A DNA stretch of 64,000 bases from an uncultured Haloferula sp. (lineage in GTDB: Bacteria > Verrucomicrobiota > Verrucomicrobiia > Verrucomicrobiales > Akkermansiaceae), in contig CBFGTS010000016.1 in the NCBI GenBank assembly GCA_965652295.1, positions 1 to 64,000 on the forward strand. Reading direction: 5' to 3'. Position 1 is the first letter of the stretch, and each line of letters begins with the position of its first letter. This document shows positions 36,017 to 44,918 of this stretch, piece after piece. The position numbers were made by a program, and so were the translations under genes. Below the pieces are notes generated by a model, which searched no databases, had not been told where the DNA came from, and was given only the letters and a program-made list of their open reading frames with translations.

Positions 36017-36050
36017 GCCTTATTCGATTTCCGATCCGGGAAAAAACTCC

Positions 36051-36785
36051 TCAGCCGAGACGCCGGCGGCGCATGCAGAAGGCGAGGCCGCCGAGGCCAC
36101 CGAGAAGCGCGGTGGAGGGCTCGGGCACGACCTGGAAGGTGAAGGTGCCGCTATCCGACATGAAGCCATCGGTCACATGCGTGCCGGTAACGCTGAGATC
36201 CACCGTCCAGGTGCCGGGCTCCGAGAAGCCGTAGTTGAAGTGGGCGTGGACCCCGGCCGGCAGAGCCAGGGTGTTCTCACCGGTCGCGGTGGAAAAGTGG
36301 AAGGTCGGATTGCCGAAGGAATCGCTGTCCCACACGCTGAAGTGGCCACTGCCGGACGGCGAAACCACCGAGTTCAAGGTGAAGACGATGTTTCCCACCC
36401 AGTCGTCCGCGGCGAGTTCCTCGGTGGCGATGCCGAGGAACGGCGTGTCCGCCATGGAACTGATCGGCAGCACCCACAGGCTGCCGCCCGCCGCAACGCC
36501 CGTGCCCGCCTCAAGTGCGGGAGCCGTCGGCATCAAAAGTTCGGTGCTGGATGGCACGAATGTCACGAGCTCACCGGGCTCGTATTCCACGCCATCCACG
36601 CCGCCCACCGGACTGCCATCGACGATGGCCGTGGAGCCGATGTGGTAGTGGAAATGGAACTCAGGGCCGGAGCCCTCGTCCTCGTAGGCGATGCCGATGT
36701 CGCCGTGTCCGGCGGTGTAGTTGGCGGCGGAAACCGGGGCGGTGAGGGCGGTCGCGAGGACCGGAAGCAAGGTCAGGTGTTTCAT
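36051..36785 (-). CDS. PEP-CTERM protein with choice-of-anchor-M/TIGR03769-like domain
   Basis: Signal peptide; GHGDIGIAY, FHFHYH, LWVLP...PFLG, HAHFNYGFSEPGTWTV; VPEPSTALLGGLGGLAFCMRRRR. Confidence 0.88.
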   Translation of the reverse strand: MKHLTLLPVLATALTAPVSAANYTAGHGDIGIAYEDEGSGPEFHFHYHIGSTAIVDGSPVGGVDGVEYEPGELVTFVPSSTELLMPTAPALEAGTGVAAGGSLWVLPISSMADTPFLGIATEELAADDWVGNIVFTLNSVVSPSGSGHFSVWDSDSFGNPTFHFSTATGENTLALPAGVHAHFNYGFSEPGTWTVDLSVTGTHVTDGFMSDSGTFTFQVVPEPSTALLGGLGGLAFCMRRRRLG

Positions 36786-36803
36786 CACGGCCGCGACCGT
36801 TAT

Positions 36804-36848
36804 CGCAAAACTTTTGCGTTTCAAGCAATAAAGTGCAATCTGAGTGCA
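36804..36848. promoter_or_regulatory. Two (T/C)GCA-N7-TGC(A/G) boxes upstream of the PEP-CTERM gene
   Basis: CGCAAAA-C-TTTTGCG (36804-36818, perfect 7-1-7) and TGCA-ATCTGAG-TGCA (36834-36848). Confidence 0.55.
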
Positions 36849-36927
36849 AAAGCACAATGGAGACATTACGGGATGCATCGATTGGGTTTTGACATCGGCT
36901 GCGGGAGGTTCCGACATGGAGCGACCG

Positions 36928-37962
36928 ATGAAGAAGCGTTTCCTGATGCCGCTCTTGGCCGCGACGCTCGGGGCCCTGTCCGCGGCTCCCGAAGAAAAGG
37001 ACATGGCCGCCTACCTCATGGTTTACTTCAAGGACGCCACGCACAGCCTCTACTTTGCGCTAAGTTCGGACGGCTATGCATTCACCGACGTCAATGGGGG
37101 TGAGCCGATGATGGGCGGCGGTGCACTGGCCGAGCAGCAGGGCATCCGCGATCCCCACATCACCCGCGGCCCGGATGGGGCGTTCTATCTCGCGATGACG
37201 GACCTGCACATTTTCGCGCAGCGCGACGGATTGCGGGACACCGAGTGGCAGCGCGACGGGGCCGCCTACGGATGGGGAAACAACCGCGCCCTCGTTCTCA
37301 TGAAGTCGGGCGATCTGATCGAGTGGACGAAGACGAGCCTGCGGGTCGATCAAGCCTACGCCGGCCTTGAGGACATCGGCTGCGCCTGGGCTCCGGAAAC
37401 GATCTACGACGAGAAGGAGGGCAGGATGATGCTCTACTTCACCATGCGCTTCGGCAACGGACCGAACCGCGTCTACTACGCTTACACCGACGACGAGTTC
37501 ACCCGCCTGGTCAGCAAGCCCGAGCTGCTGTTCTGGTACCCGAAGGAGGTTTCCTATATCGATGCCGACATCACCCGTGTGGGCGGCACCTACCATCTTT
37601 TCTACGACCCGCACGACGGCGGCGCGGGGATCAAGCACATGGCGTCCGAGAGCCTGACCAAAGGCTACGTCTACGAGCCGGAGTGGGTCGATCCGGAGCC
37701 GAAAGCCTGTGAAGCTCCGAACCTGTGGAAGCGCATCGGCGAGGAGAAATGGGTGTTGATGTACGACGTCTATGGTATCCAGCCTCACAATTTCGGCTTC
37801 AGCGAGACCTCCGACTTCAAGACCTGGAAGAACCTCGGCCGCTTCAACGAAGGCGTGATGAAGGCGACCAATTTCGAAACGCCGAAGCATGGCTCGGTGA
37901 TCCACCTGACGAAGGCCGAAGCCGATCGCCTCGCCCGCCACTGGAAACTGGAATCCTACTGA
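36928..37962 (+). CDS. Secreted GH43-family glycoside hydrolase
   Basis: AYLMVYF, GIRDPHI, WAPETIYD, YIDADI, CEAP; start 36928 or 36916. Confidence 0.85.
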   Translation: MKKRFLMPLLAATLGALSAAPEEKDMAAYLMVYFKDATHSLYFALSSDGYAFTDVNGGEPMMGGGALAEQQGIRDPHITRGPDGAFYLAMTDLHIFAQRDGLRDTEWQRDGAAYGWGNNRALVLMKSGDLIEWTKTSLRVDQAYAGLEDIGCAWAPETIYDEKEGRMMLYFTMRFGNGPNRVYYAYTDDEFTRLVSKPELLFWYPKEVSYIDADITRVGGTYHLFYDPHDGGAGIKHMASESLTKGYVYEPEWVDPEPKACEAPNLWKRIGEEKWVLMYDVYGIQPHNFGFSETSDFKTWKNLGRFNEGVMKATNFETPKHGSVIHLTKAEADRLARHWKLESY

Positions 37963-38009
37963 GCGTGAGGCCAGTCCTTCCTTTCGGATGTTCGCCGCCC
38001 GGTTGAGCG

Positions 38010-39374
38010 TCAGTAAACGGCGACTTCCCAGACGGAGGCGTCCATCATCGAGTCATCGAAGACGACGCGCAGCCAGCGGGTGGTGGCGTCGAGCTGGATG
38101 GTGATGGGCGAACCGGCGATTTGGTCGACCTGCGCCCCCGGAATAGATGTCCAGCTTTCACCGTCGGCGGAGCTTTCGACGGTGAACGAGCAGGGCTTCC
38201 AGGCGTACTCCGGCCGGAGGACGAGGGTTCGGACGGATTTCTTTTCGCCGAGGTCGAGCTTGAGCCAGCCACCTTTCGCGTCCTTGGTCACGGCCCAACG
38301 GGTGGCGTAGTTGTCGTCGAGGGCGAAGTCCGGCGAGGTTTTGTCGTCGCGCTGCGAGCAGGCGGAGATGGAGCGGATCAGGTTTTTCCGGTCCGCTGCG
38401 CGACCTTGGACGAAGTCCGGCCCGTCGTGGGTCGGGAGCACCGTTTCGATGCCGCCATCGGGTGTGAAGCGGAGTTCATCGATGCAGATCTGGCGGCCGA
38501 TGAAGCCGGGATCGAACGGCACCGAGTGACGGTGGTAGAGAATGTAGTGGCGGCCATCGCGCTCCATGACGGCGTGGTGGCCGGGGGAGATCACGTCGAT
38601 GGCCTCCTGGGTCGTGAGGATGGGGCTGTTTTCACCCTCGGTGAAGGGACCGAAGGGCGTTTTGCCGACGGCGTAGTGGACCTGGTAGGTTTCCCGATCG
38701 GTGCGGCCGCTTGAATACATCAGGAAGTAGCGGTCGTTGTGTTTCACCATGAAGGGGGCTTCGAAGTAGTTCGCGGGCGTGACGTCGCGGACCTCGCCGT
38801 CGAAGGTCACCATGTCGGGCTTCAGCTTCACGGCCCAGCACTTGCCGTTGACCCAGTTCCAGCCGGAGCCCCAGTAGAGGTAGGCTTGGCCGTCATCGTC
38901 GATGAAGGCTTCGGCATCGATCATGTGGAAGCCGGGCCGGAAGTCTTCGGGGATGAGCGGCTTGTCGCCGAGGGCGTTCTTCCATGGCCCGGTGGGATGT
39001 TCCGCCACGCCGGCCCAGATTTCGTTGCCCACGGAGACGTACATGTAGAACCGGCCGTCCTTGCCCTTCACCACCGAGGGCGCCCAGACCATGGCCTGCT
39101 TGGAAGTCGGGCTGGTGCAGGCGGCCTTGGTGGGCCAGTTCAGCGGAGCGAAGGTCCACTGCTTGAAGTCGGCGGACTCCCAGCAGCCGAGTGTTTCCCC
39201 GCCCCACGGGTCGAGGGTGGCGTAGAGGTAGTGTTTTCCGTCCGCGAGCACATGGCTCGGGTCCGCATAGTAGCCGGGAAGAATGGGATTGGTTCGTCCG
39301 GCCTGCCGGGCGGGAACGGTCTGGGCATGGGTCATGAGGGTGAGGGCGAGGAAGGGCAGCAGACGCGTTTTCAT
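38010..39374 (-). CDS. GH43 glycoside hydrolase with C-terminal F5/8 type C (CBM32-like) domain
   Basis: NPILPGYYADP, WAPSV, IDAEAFIDDDG, YFEAP, PGHH; ALDDNYATRW, WLKLDLG; start ATG 39374. Confidence 0.9.
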   Translation of the reverse strand: MKTRLLPFLALTLMTHAQTVPARQAGRTNPILPGYYADPSHVLADGKHYLYATLDPWGGETLGCWESADFKQWTFAPLNWPTKAACTSPTSKQAMVWAPSVVKGKDGRFYMYVSVGNEIWAGVAEHPTGPWKNALGDKPLIPEDFRPGFHMIDAEAFIDDDGQAYLYWGSGWNWVNGKCWAVKLKPDMVTFDGEVRDVTPANYFEAPFMVKHNDRYFLMYSSGRTDRETYQVHYAVGKTPFGPFTEGENSPILTTQEAIDVISPGHHAVMERDGRHYILYHRHSVPFDPGFIGRQICIDELRFTPDGGIETVLPTHDGPDFVQGRAADRKNLIRSISACSQRDDKTSPDFALDDNYATRWAVTKDAKGGWLKLDLGEKKSVRTLVLRPEYAWKPCSFTVESSADGESWTSIPGAQVDQIAGSPITIQLDATTRWLRVVFDDSMMDASVWEVAVY

Positions 39375-39436
39375 GAGGATGGATGAATCGGGAGCGGGGA
39401 GAGTCTGGCTGCTTTCCGTGGCCGGGGGAAACCGGT

Positions 39437-40528
39437 TTATCCGGCATCCATGCCAGCTCGGGGAGAGTGGGGCGGTGGCTGGCCTCCCGCACGTCCGCGG
39501 TTTCTCCATCGCTCCACCGGCACCTCGATGTAACGCCAGGAAAGCCAGCAGAGTCCCCAGGACGCGAGTGCGAAAACGGCCATCTTCAGCGCGCTGGTGG
39601 CGTGGCTTTCCGGCAGGTGCCAGAGGAACGGGATCACCCATCCGAGCGCGAGCGGCACCAGCGAGTGGAGCAGGTAGAGCGAGTAGCTGATTTTCGCGAT
39701 GTGCTGCGTCCCGCGATGCTGCAAGAGAGCCGCCAGCCACCTCGGCAGGCCGGAAAGGCTGGCGGCGATCAGTCCGCAGAGCGCGACGGTGAGAAAGGTC
39801 TGCTTGAAGTAACGAATGCCGGCGATCGGATGCCGCGCCTCTTCCAGGGCGTAAAGTACGACGTAGATCGTACCCGAAATCCAGGCGGTGGTTTTCAGAC
39901 GCCGGTCATCGGGCGCCATGCCCCGCTGCATCAGCACGGCCAGCAGCGCTCCGAGGCCGAGGTAGTCGAGACTGCACGACGTGACCGCGCCAGCCAGGGG
40001 CAAGTGGGGGAATTCCCTCACCAGGATGAACCGCGAGAGCGGAGCCAGTGCCGCGGTGGCGAGGCAGGCGGGTGCGAGCAGGCGCGTGGGGAGCGCGAGG
40101 ACGACCAGCGGCCACAGCAGGTAGAACTGCGATTGGATAGCGAGCGTCCAGTAGTGGGAGGTGCCCGAAGGCCATTCCGTCAGGGTGGCGATGTGGAAAT
40201 TCGCGAGCTGGAGCAGGTACCACCACGGATGGGCGATGAAATCCGGAGCACGTACGATCCAGGCGAAGACGAAGGCGGCGAAGCAGGGAATGAGGATCCG
40301 CAGGGCCCGGCGGCGGATCATGATCGAGTAGAGATTGGGTTTCCCCGCGGCGCGGTCGCGCAGGACCACGCGGGTGACGAAGAAGCCGGTGAGGGTGAGG
40401 AAAAAGTAGAGCCCGGTTTCGAAAGGCAGCGGTGTTTCCCAAGCATCGGGGATCCAGTGCAGCCACATCACGCCCAGCACGCCAAAGGCCCGCCAGCCGT
40501 CGAGTTGGGTATTGCGCTTCGTGGCCAC
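39437..40528 (-). CDS. Acyltransferase-3 (OafA/OatA-like) membrane O-acyltransferase
   Basis: LDGWRAFGV, FFLTLTGF, RRALRI, HYWTLAIQSQFYLLWP, KISYSLYLLH, SWRYIEVP; GTG start 40528. Confidence 0.85.
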   Translation of the reverse strand: MATKRNTQLDGWRAFGVLGVMWLHWIPDAWETPLPFETGLYFFLTLTGFFVTRVVLRDRAAGKPNLYSIMIRRRALRILIPCFAAFVFAWIVRAPDFIAHPWWYLLQLANFHIATLTEWPSGTSHYWTLAIQSQFYLLWPLVVLALPTRLLAPACLATAALAPLSRFILVREFPHLPLAGAVTSCSLDYLGLGALLAVLMQRGMAPDDRRLKTTAWISGTIYVVLYALEEARHPIAGIRYFKQTFLTVALCGLIAASLSGLPRWLAALLQHRGTQHIAKISYSLYLLHSLVPLALGWVIPFLWHLPESHATSALKMAVFALASWGLCWLSWRYIEVPVERWRNRGRAGGQPPPHSPRAGMDAG

Positions 40529-40611
40529 GGCGGGGGTTCTAGGTGGCGGGCTCCGATAGGGACAGGGCAAATCGCCGCGGGCCCCACACGCCGCCTTCCC
40601 CTCAACGGAAC

Positions 40612-42966
40612 CTAACGGGAAGCGGATGGCGGCCGGGTTCCCCATTCCGGGTTGGGGGCGGGCCCCATGGTGAACTGGAGATGGGCGGCGTTCATGAGTT
40701 CGTCCCAATACAACCAGCATTGGTCAAGGGTCTCGCCGTCGAGCCGGGCGGACTGGACATACAGGTTCTCCTTGGAGTTGTTCCTCGTCTCGATGACGAG
40801 GGTCTTTCCTGGGCGCAGCTGGATGGTGACCTTCTCGAACAACGGGCTTCCGAGCCCGACAACGGGACGGCTGTCGGTGAGGCCTTTGACGTCGAACAAG
40901 CCGAGCGATGCCATCACGTACCATGCTCCGAGCTGGCCCTGATCCTCATCCTGGCCACGACCGTAGCCGTGAACGGGGTCGGTGCCATAGAAGCGGTCGC
41001 AGATCCTCCGGGTCCACTTCTGGGTGAGCCAGGGCTTGCCGGAGAAATTGAAAAGCCAGCTGATGTGAAGGCAGGGTTGGTTGCCGTGGTTATAAAGGGA
41101 TTGGACTCCGGCGAACGCGTCAATCGTCCGGCCGCCACTGAAATCGTCCTTCTCCGAAACCTCGAAGATGCCGTCCAGACGCTGGTTGAATTCGTCCCTT
41201 CCGACCGCCTCGATCAGCGCGACGGGCTGATGGGGCACGAAGAAGGAGTATTGGACGGCATTGCCCTCCTGAAAGCCGCGCCAGGCTTCGTGAGGGTGGA
41301 ATGGGTCGATGAAGCTTCCGTCAGCGGTCTTCGGGTGGATGTAGCGGTTCTCCGGGTTGAATAGCTGACGCCATCCTTCCGCCAGGCGGCTCAGGTTGGC
41401 GTGGTCGTCCTCGTGTCCGAGGTCGCGTGCCATCTGGGCGGCGGCGAAGGCGCTGAAGCTGTACTCCAGAGTGTGGGACGCGGAGAAGTTCGAGCCGTCC
41501 GCGTCGGTGCGATCTTCCGGGTGAAACGGCACGTAACCGCGCTTCACGAACGCCTCCAGATCCAGCTTTCCAGCTCCGACCGGACGGCCTTTCCAGCCGA
41601 GTTCGTTTTTGCGGACCGCCTCGTAGATCGGCCCGATGTCGCCCTTCAGGATGCCGGTCTGATAGGCACCGGCGATGGCGAGACCAACCATGTTGGTGCC
41701 GACGCCTGAAGCGAAGGAGCTGTTGGCGAAACCATCGCCGAACCAGCCCTTGTCCCGGTAGAGAGTCATCTGCGTGTGGACGAAACTGGAGTACCACTCG
41801 GGATAGCTCAGCGCCCACAGCTGGGTGAGATTCCAATAGGCACCCCAGATCGCGTCGCTGTTGATGAATTGCCGCGTCGGGTCATCCGCGCCTTCGGGGA
41901 AGTGCCCGGTCGTGCCGTCGGGCTTCGGATAGTCGCCGTTGGCGTCACTGGCGACGCCGCGGCCGAGCAAGGCGTGGAAAAGGCCGGTGTAGAATTTCGT
42001 CTTGTTGGCGTGGTTGCCGTCCTCGATGGCGAGGCGTCCGAACGCCCGCCTCCATTCCGCTTGGGCCGCGGCCTTGGCCTGGTCGAAGGAAAGGGTGGCG
42101 GCCTCCGCCAGCAGATTCGCCTTGGCGGCCGCGGTGGAGGTGTAGGAAAGACCGACTTTGATGCCGATTTCCTCGCCCTCGGTGGTGGCGTAGTTCAGTG
42201 CCAGCCCGGCCCCGATGCCTTCCACCGCTTTCCCGCCGTCGAACTCGCCGTCGCGATTGAAGGCGACGATTCCCACCGGCTTCCGGTCGAGGGCACCATG
42301 GAAATACATCGTCACGCTTCCGCCGGGGTCGTAGCGCTCGATGTATTTCGGAGAGGTGCGGACGAAGCCTTCGAAATGCAGATCATCGATCATGCGAACG
42401 GACGCCGCGGTGACCTCACCGCTCTCGCCCTGCTTGTTTCCGATATCCAGGATGATGTGGGCGGAGTCCGCTTCGGGAAACGTGTAGCGGTGAAAGCCCA
42501 CCCGTTTCGTAGCCGTCAGTTCGGCGGTGATGCCGTAGTCGTCCAGATGAACCTGATAGAAGCCCGGTTGCGCGACCTGCTTCCCGCGGGCGAACCGGGA
42601 GCGGTAGCCGCTGGAGGGGGCCGTCAAATCGCCCGGCCGCGTTTGAAGCTCTCCCACCGTCGGCATGAAGCACACGCCGCCGATCTGCCATTCGTGGAAA
42701 TGGACGAAGCCTGCCAGCGAGTCGTGCCGGGAATCGTATCCGACCGCTTCCCAACCGGATGGGTTGCCTTCATGGCCGTTGGTGGACGGTGCCAGCTTCG
42801 CCATGCCGTAGGGCACGGCCGCAGGGGTGTAGAAAAACCAGCGGCTGTGCGCGGTCCCGATCTCGGGATCGACGAACTCAATAGGATCCTGTCCACCCAC
42901 CGCAAGGACGGTCGCCATGAGAAATGATGCGCACAGCGTCGGCATCGGCTTGAGAATGATCGTCAT
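40612..42966 (-). CDS. GH92 alpha-mannosidase
   Basis: FVDPEIGT, PYGMAKLAP, SHTLEY, FQEGNAVQY, HGNQP, DEDQGQLGAWYV. Confidence 0.93.
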   Translation of the reverse strand: MTIILKPMPTLCASFLMATVLAVGGQDPIEFVDPEIGTAHSRWFFYTPAAVPYGMAKLAPSTNGHEGNPSGWEAVGYDSRHDSLAGFVHFHEWQIGGVCFMPTVGELQTRPGDLTAPSSGYRSRFARGKQVAQPGFYQVHLDDYGITAELTATKRVGFHRYTFPEADSAHIILDIGNKQGESGEVTAASVRMIDDLHFEGFVRTSPKYIERYDPGGSVTMYFHGALDRKPVGIVAFNRDGEFDGGKAVEGIGAGLALNYATTEGEEIGIKVGLSYTSTAAAKANLLAEAATLSFDQAKAAAQAEWRRAFGRLAIEDGNHANKTKFYTGLFHALLGRGVASDANGDYPKPDGTTGHFPEGADDPTRQFINSDAIWGAYWNLTQLWALSYPEWYSSFVHTQMTLYRDKGWFGDGFANSSFASGVGTNMVGLAIAGAYQTGILKGDIGPIYEAVRKNELGWKGRPVGAGKLDLEAFVKRGYVPFHPEDRTDADGSNFSASHTLEYSFSAFAAAQMARDLGHEDDHANLSRLAEGWRQLFNPENRYIHPKTADGSFIDPFHPHEAWRGFQEGNAVQYSFFVPHQPVALIEAVGRDEFNQRLDGIFEVSEKDDFSGGRTIDAFAGVQSLYNHGNQPCLHISWLFNFSGKPWLTQKWTRRICDRFYGTDPVHGYGRGQDEDQGQLGAWYVMASLGLFDVKGLTDSRPVVGLGSPLFEKVTIQLRPGKTLVIETRNNSKENLYVQSARLDGETLDQCWLYWDELMNAAHLQFTMGPAPNPEWGTRPPSASR

Positions 42967-43000
42967 GTTGGCGTTCGTGCGATGGCTCGCGGGTCAAGAT

Positions 43001-43113
43001 GAAATGTCCATACATTTCGAAGGGGATTCAATGGTTGGAGGTCAACCTCGTCAAGCTAATCCAGATCGGCGGGCGAATTGAGCTTGTCTTCGACCGAAAT
43101 GTAAGAACATTTC
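43001..43113. promoter_or_regulatory. Twin operators GAAATGT-N4-ACATTTC (likely bound by the GntR/HutC regulator)
   Basis: GAAATGTCCATACATTTC (43001-43018) and GAAATGTAAGAACATTTC (43096-43113) in the GH92/PMI divergent gap. Confidence 0.8.
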
Positions 43114-43155
43114 CGTTTCAGCAGCCCGCATCCTTGGGTCGTCGATTTCCGCAGC

Positions 43156-44910
43156 ATGATGAAGCCCGCCAACTACGACAAGCGACCCATCGTGGCGGTT
43201 TCCGGGATGGAAGACCAGTGTTGGACCGGCTGGGCGAGGATCGTGTCGACGCTCTCCGGGCGTCTGGATGCGGAGGGAGGAAGGGTTCTCGTCGTGGAGT
43301 GTTGCGTCGGTGTTTCGGTGATAGAGCTCGTTGAGGCGATTCGCCTTCACTTCCCGGCGGCGGCTGTCTTCGAAGCCTCGGCTGGCTGGCTTGAGCCCGG
43401 GGAGATCGAAGGCCGGGTCGCACCATTCCTTGGAAAGGATGATCCCGTCTTCGGTTATGTGTCGGCGTTGCGAATGGAGGACTATTTCTCGCCGGAGAAG
43501 CTCGTCTCGATGCGGAGGACGATTGCGGAAACCATCGCGCACCGGCCGGTGGTGGTGGTGGGACCGGGAGCGAGTGTGGTGCATGCCGGGGACGTTCTGG
43601 TTTACGCGGAGATGCCGCGTTGGGAGGCGCAGGGGCGGATGCGGCGGGACGAGATGTCCAACCTCGGAGTCGACAACCGGAAGGAGAAATTGAGCCTCCA
43701 GTACAAACGGGCGTTCTTCAATGACTGGCCGGTGTGCGAGCGTCTCAAGCTCGAGCTGAAGCGCGTCGGATTCCTCTTGGACACCTGCACGGCGGGCGAG
43801 CCGAAGCTCATCTCCAGGCAAGCCGCGGCAGAAGCTTACGAAACCGCGCTTTCGCGCCCGTTCCGCGTGGTGCCCTTCTTCGATCCGGCGCCGTGGGGCG
43901 GTCAATGGATGAAGCGGGTCATGGCCCTGCCTGAGGAGGCTCCGAACTACGGCTGGTGCTTCGATTGCGTCCCGGAGGAAAACAGCATCCTTTTCCGCTT
44001 CGGCGATACAGTGGTGGAACTGCCATCGATGAACGTCGTGTTCTTCGATCCCGTCCGCTTGCTGGGTCCGCGTGTCCATGCGCGCTTCGGCCTCAGCTTC
44101 CCCATCCGCTTCGACCTGCTGGATACCGTCGGCGGGGGTAATCTTTCTTTCCAGGTTCATCCGTTCACGGACTACGCCCAGCGCCACTTCGGGATCCCTT
44201 ACACGCAGGACGAATCCTACTATCTGCTCGCGGCGGAGGAAGACTCGGCTGTCTATCTCGGGCTGAAGGAAGGCGTCGTGCCGGAGGAAATGATCGGCGC
44301 GCTTGAGGCCGCGCGGTCGGAGGGCGTCCGTTTCGACGATACCCGGTTCGTCTGCAAATGGCCGGCGAAGGTCCACGATCACTACCTCATCCCGGCCGGC
44401 ACCTGCCATTGTTCCGGAGCGGGCACGCTGGTGCTCGAAATCAGCGCCACGCCGAACATCTTCACCTTCAAGTTGTGGGATTGGGGCCGGATGGGTCTGG
44501 ACGGCCTGCCCCGCCCGATCAACGTCGGGCGCGGCAAGCTCAACATTGCCTGGGACCGGACGGAGAAGTGGGTGAAACGGGAGCTGGTCAACGCGGTCAC
44601 TGAGATCGCGAGCGGCGATGGCTGGCGCGAGGAACGCACGGGTCTGCATGAGTTGGAGTTCATTGAAACCCGCCGTCACTGGTTCACCGGCACCGTCGAG
44701 CACCACACCGGCGGCGGTGTGAATGTCATCAATCTCATCGAAGGGAAAGAAGCGGTGGTGGAGAGTCCGACGGGCGCCTTCGAGCCTTTCGTGGTGCACT
44801 ACGCCGAAACCTTCATCATTCCGGCCGGCATCGGTGCCTACACCATCCGCCCGTTTGGCGAAGCCGAAGGTACCCGCTGTGCGACACTCAAGGCTTTCGT
44901 CCGAACGTAA
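43156..44910 (+). CDS. Class I mannose-6-phosphate isomerase-like protein (long form)
   Basis: PWGGQW, FPIRFDLLDT, LSFQVHP, TQDESYY, PAGTCH, LEISATP cupin motifs. Confidence 0.85.
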   Translation: MMKPANYDKRPIVAVSGMEDQCWTGWARIVSTLSGRLDAEGGRVLVVECCVGVSVIELVEAIRLHFPAAAVFEASAGWLEPGEIEGRVAPFLGKDDPVFGYVSALRMEDYFSPEKLVSMRRTIAETIAHRPVVVVGPGASVVHAGDVLVYAEMPRWEAQGRMRRDEMSNLGVDNRKEKLSLQYKRAFFNDWPVCERLKLELKRVGFLLDTCTAGEPKLISRQAAAEAYETALSRPFRVVPFFDPAPWGGQWMKRVMALPEEAPNYGWCFDCVPEENSILFRFGDTVVELPSMNVVFFDPVRLLGPRVHARFGLSFPIRFDLLDTVGGGNLSFQVHPFTDYAQRHFGIPYTQDESYYLLAAEEDSAVYLGLKEGVVPEEMIGALEAARSEGVRFDDTRFVCKWPAKVHDHYLIPAGTCHCSGAGTLVLEISATPNIFTFKLWDWGRMGLDGLPRPINVGRGKLNIAWDRTEKWVKRELVNAVTEIASGDGWREERTGLHELEFIETRRHWFTGTVEHHTGGGVNVINLIEGKEAVVESPTGAFEPFVVHYAETFIIPAGIGAYTIRPFGEAEGTRCATLKAFVRT

Positions 44911-44918
44911 CCCGAGCC

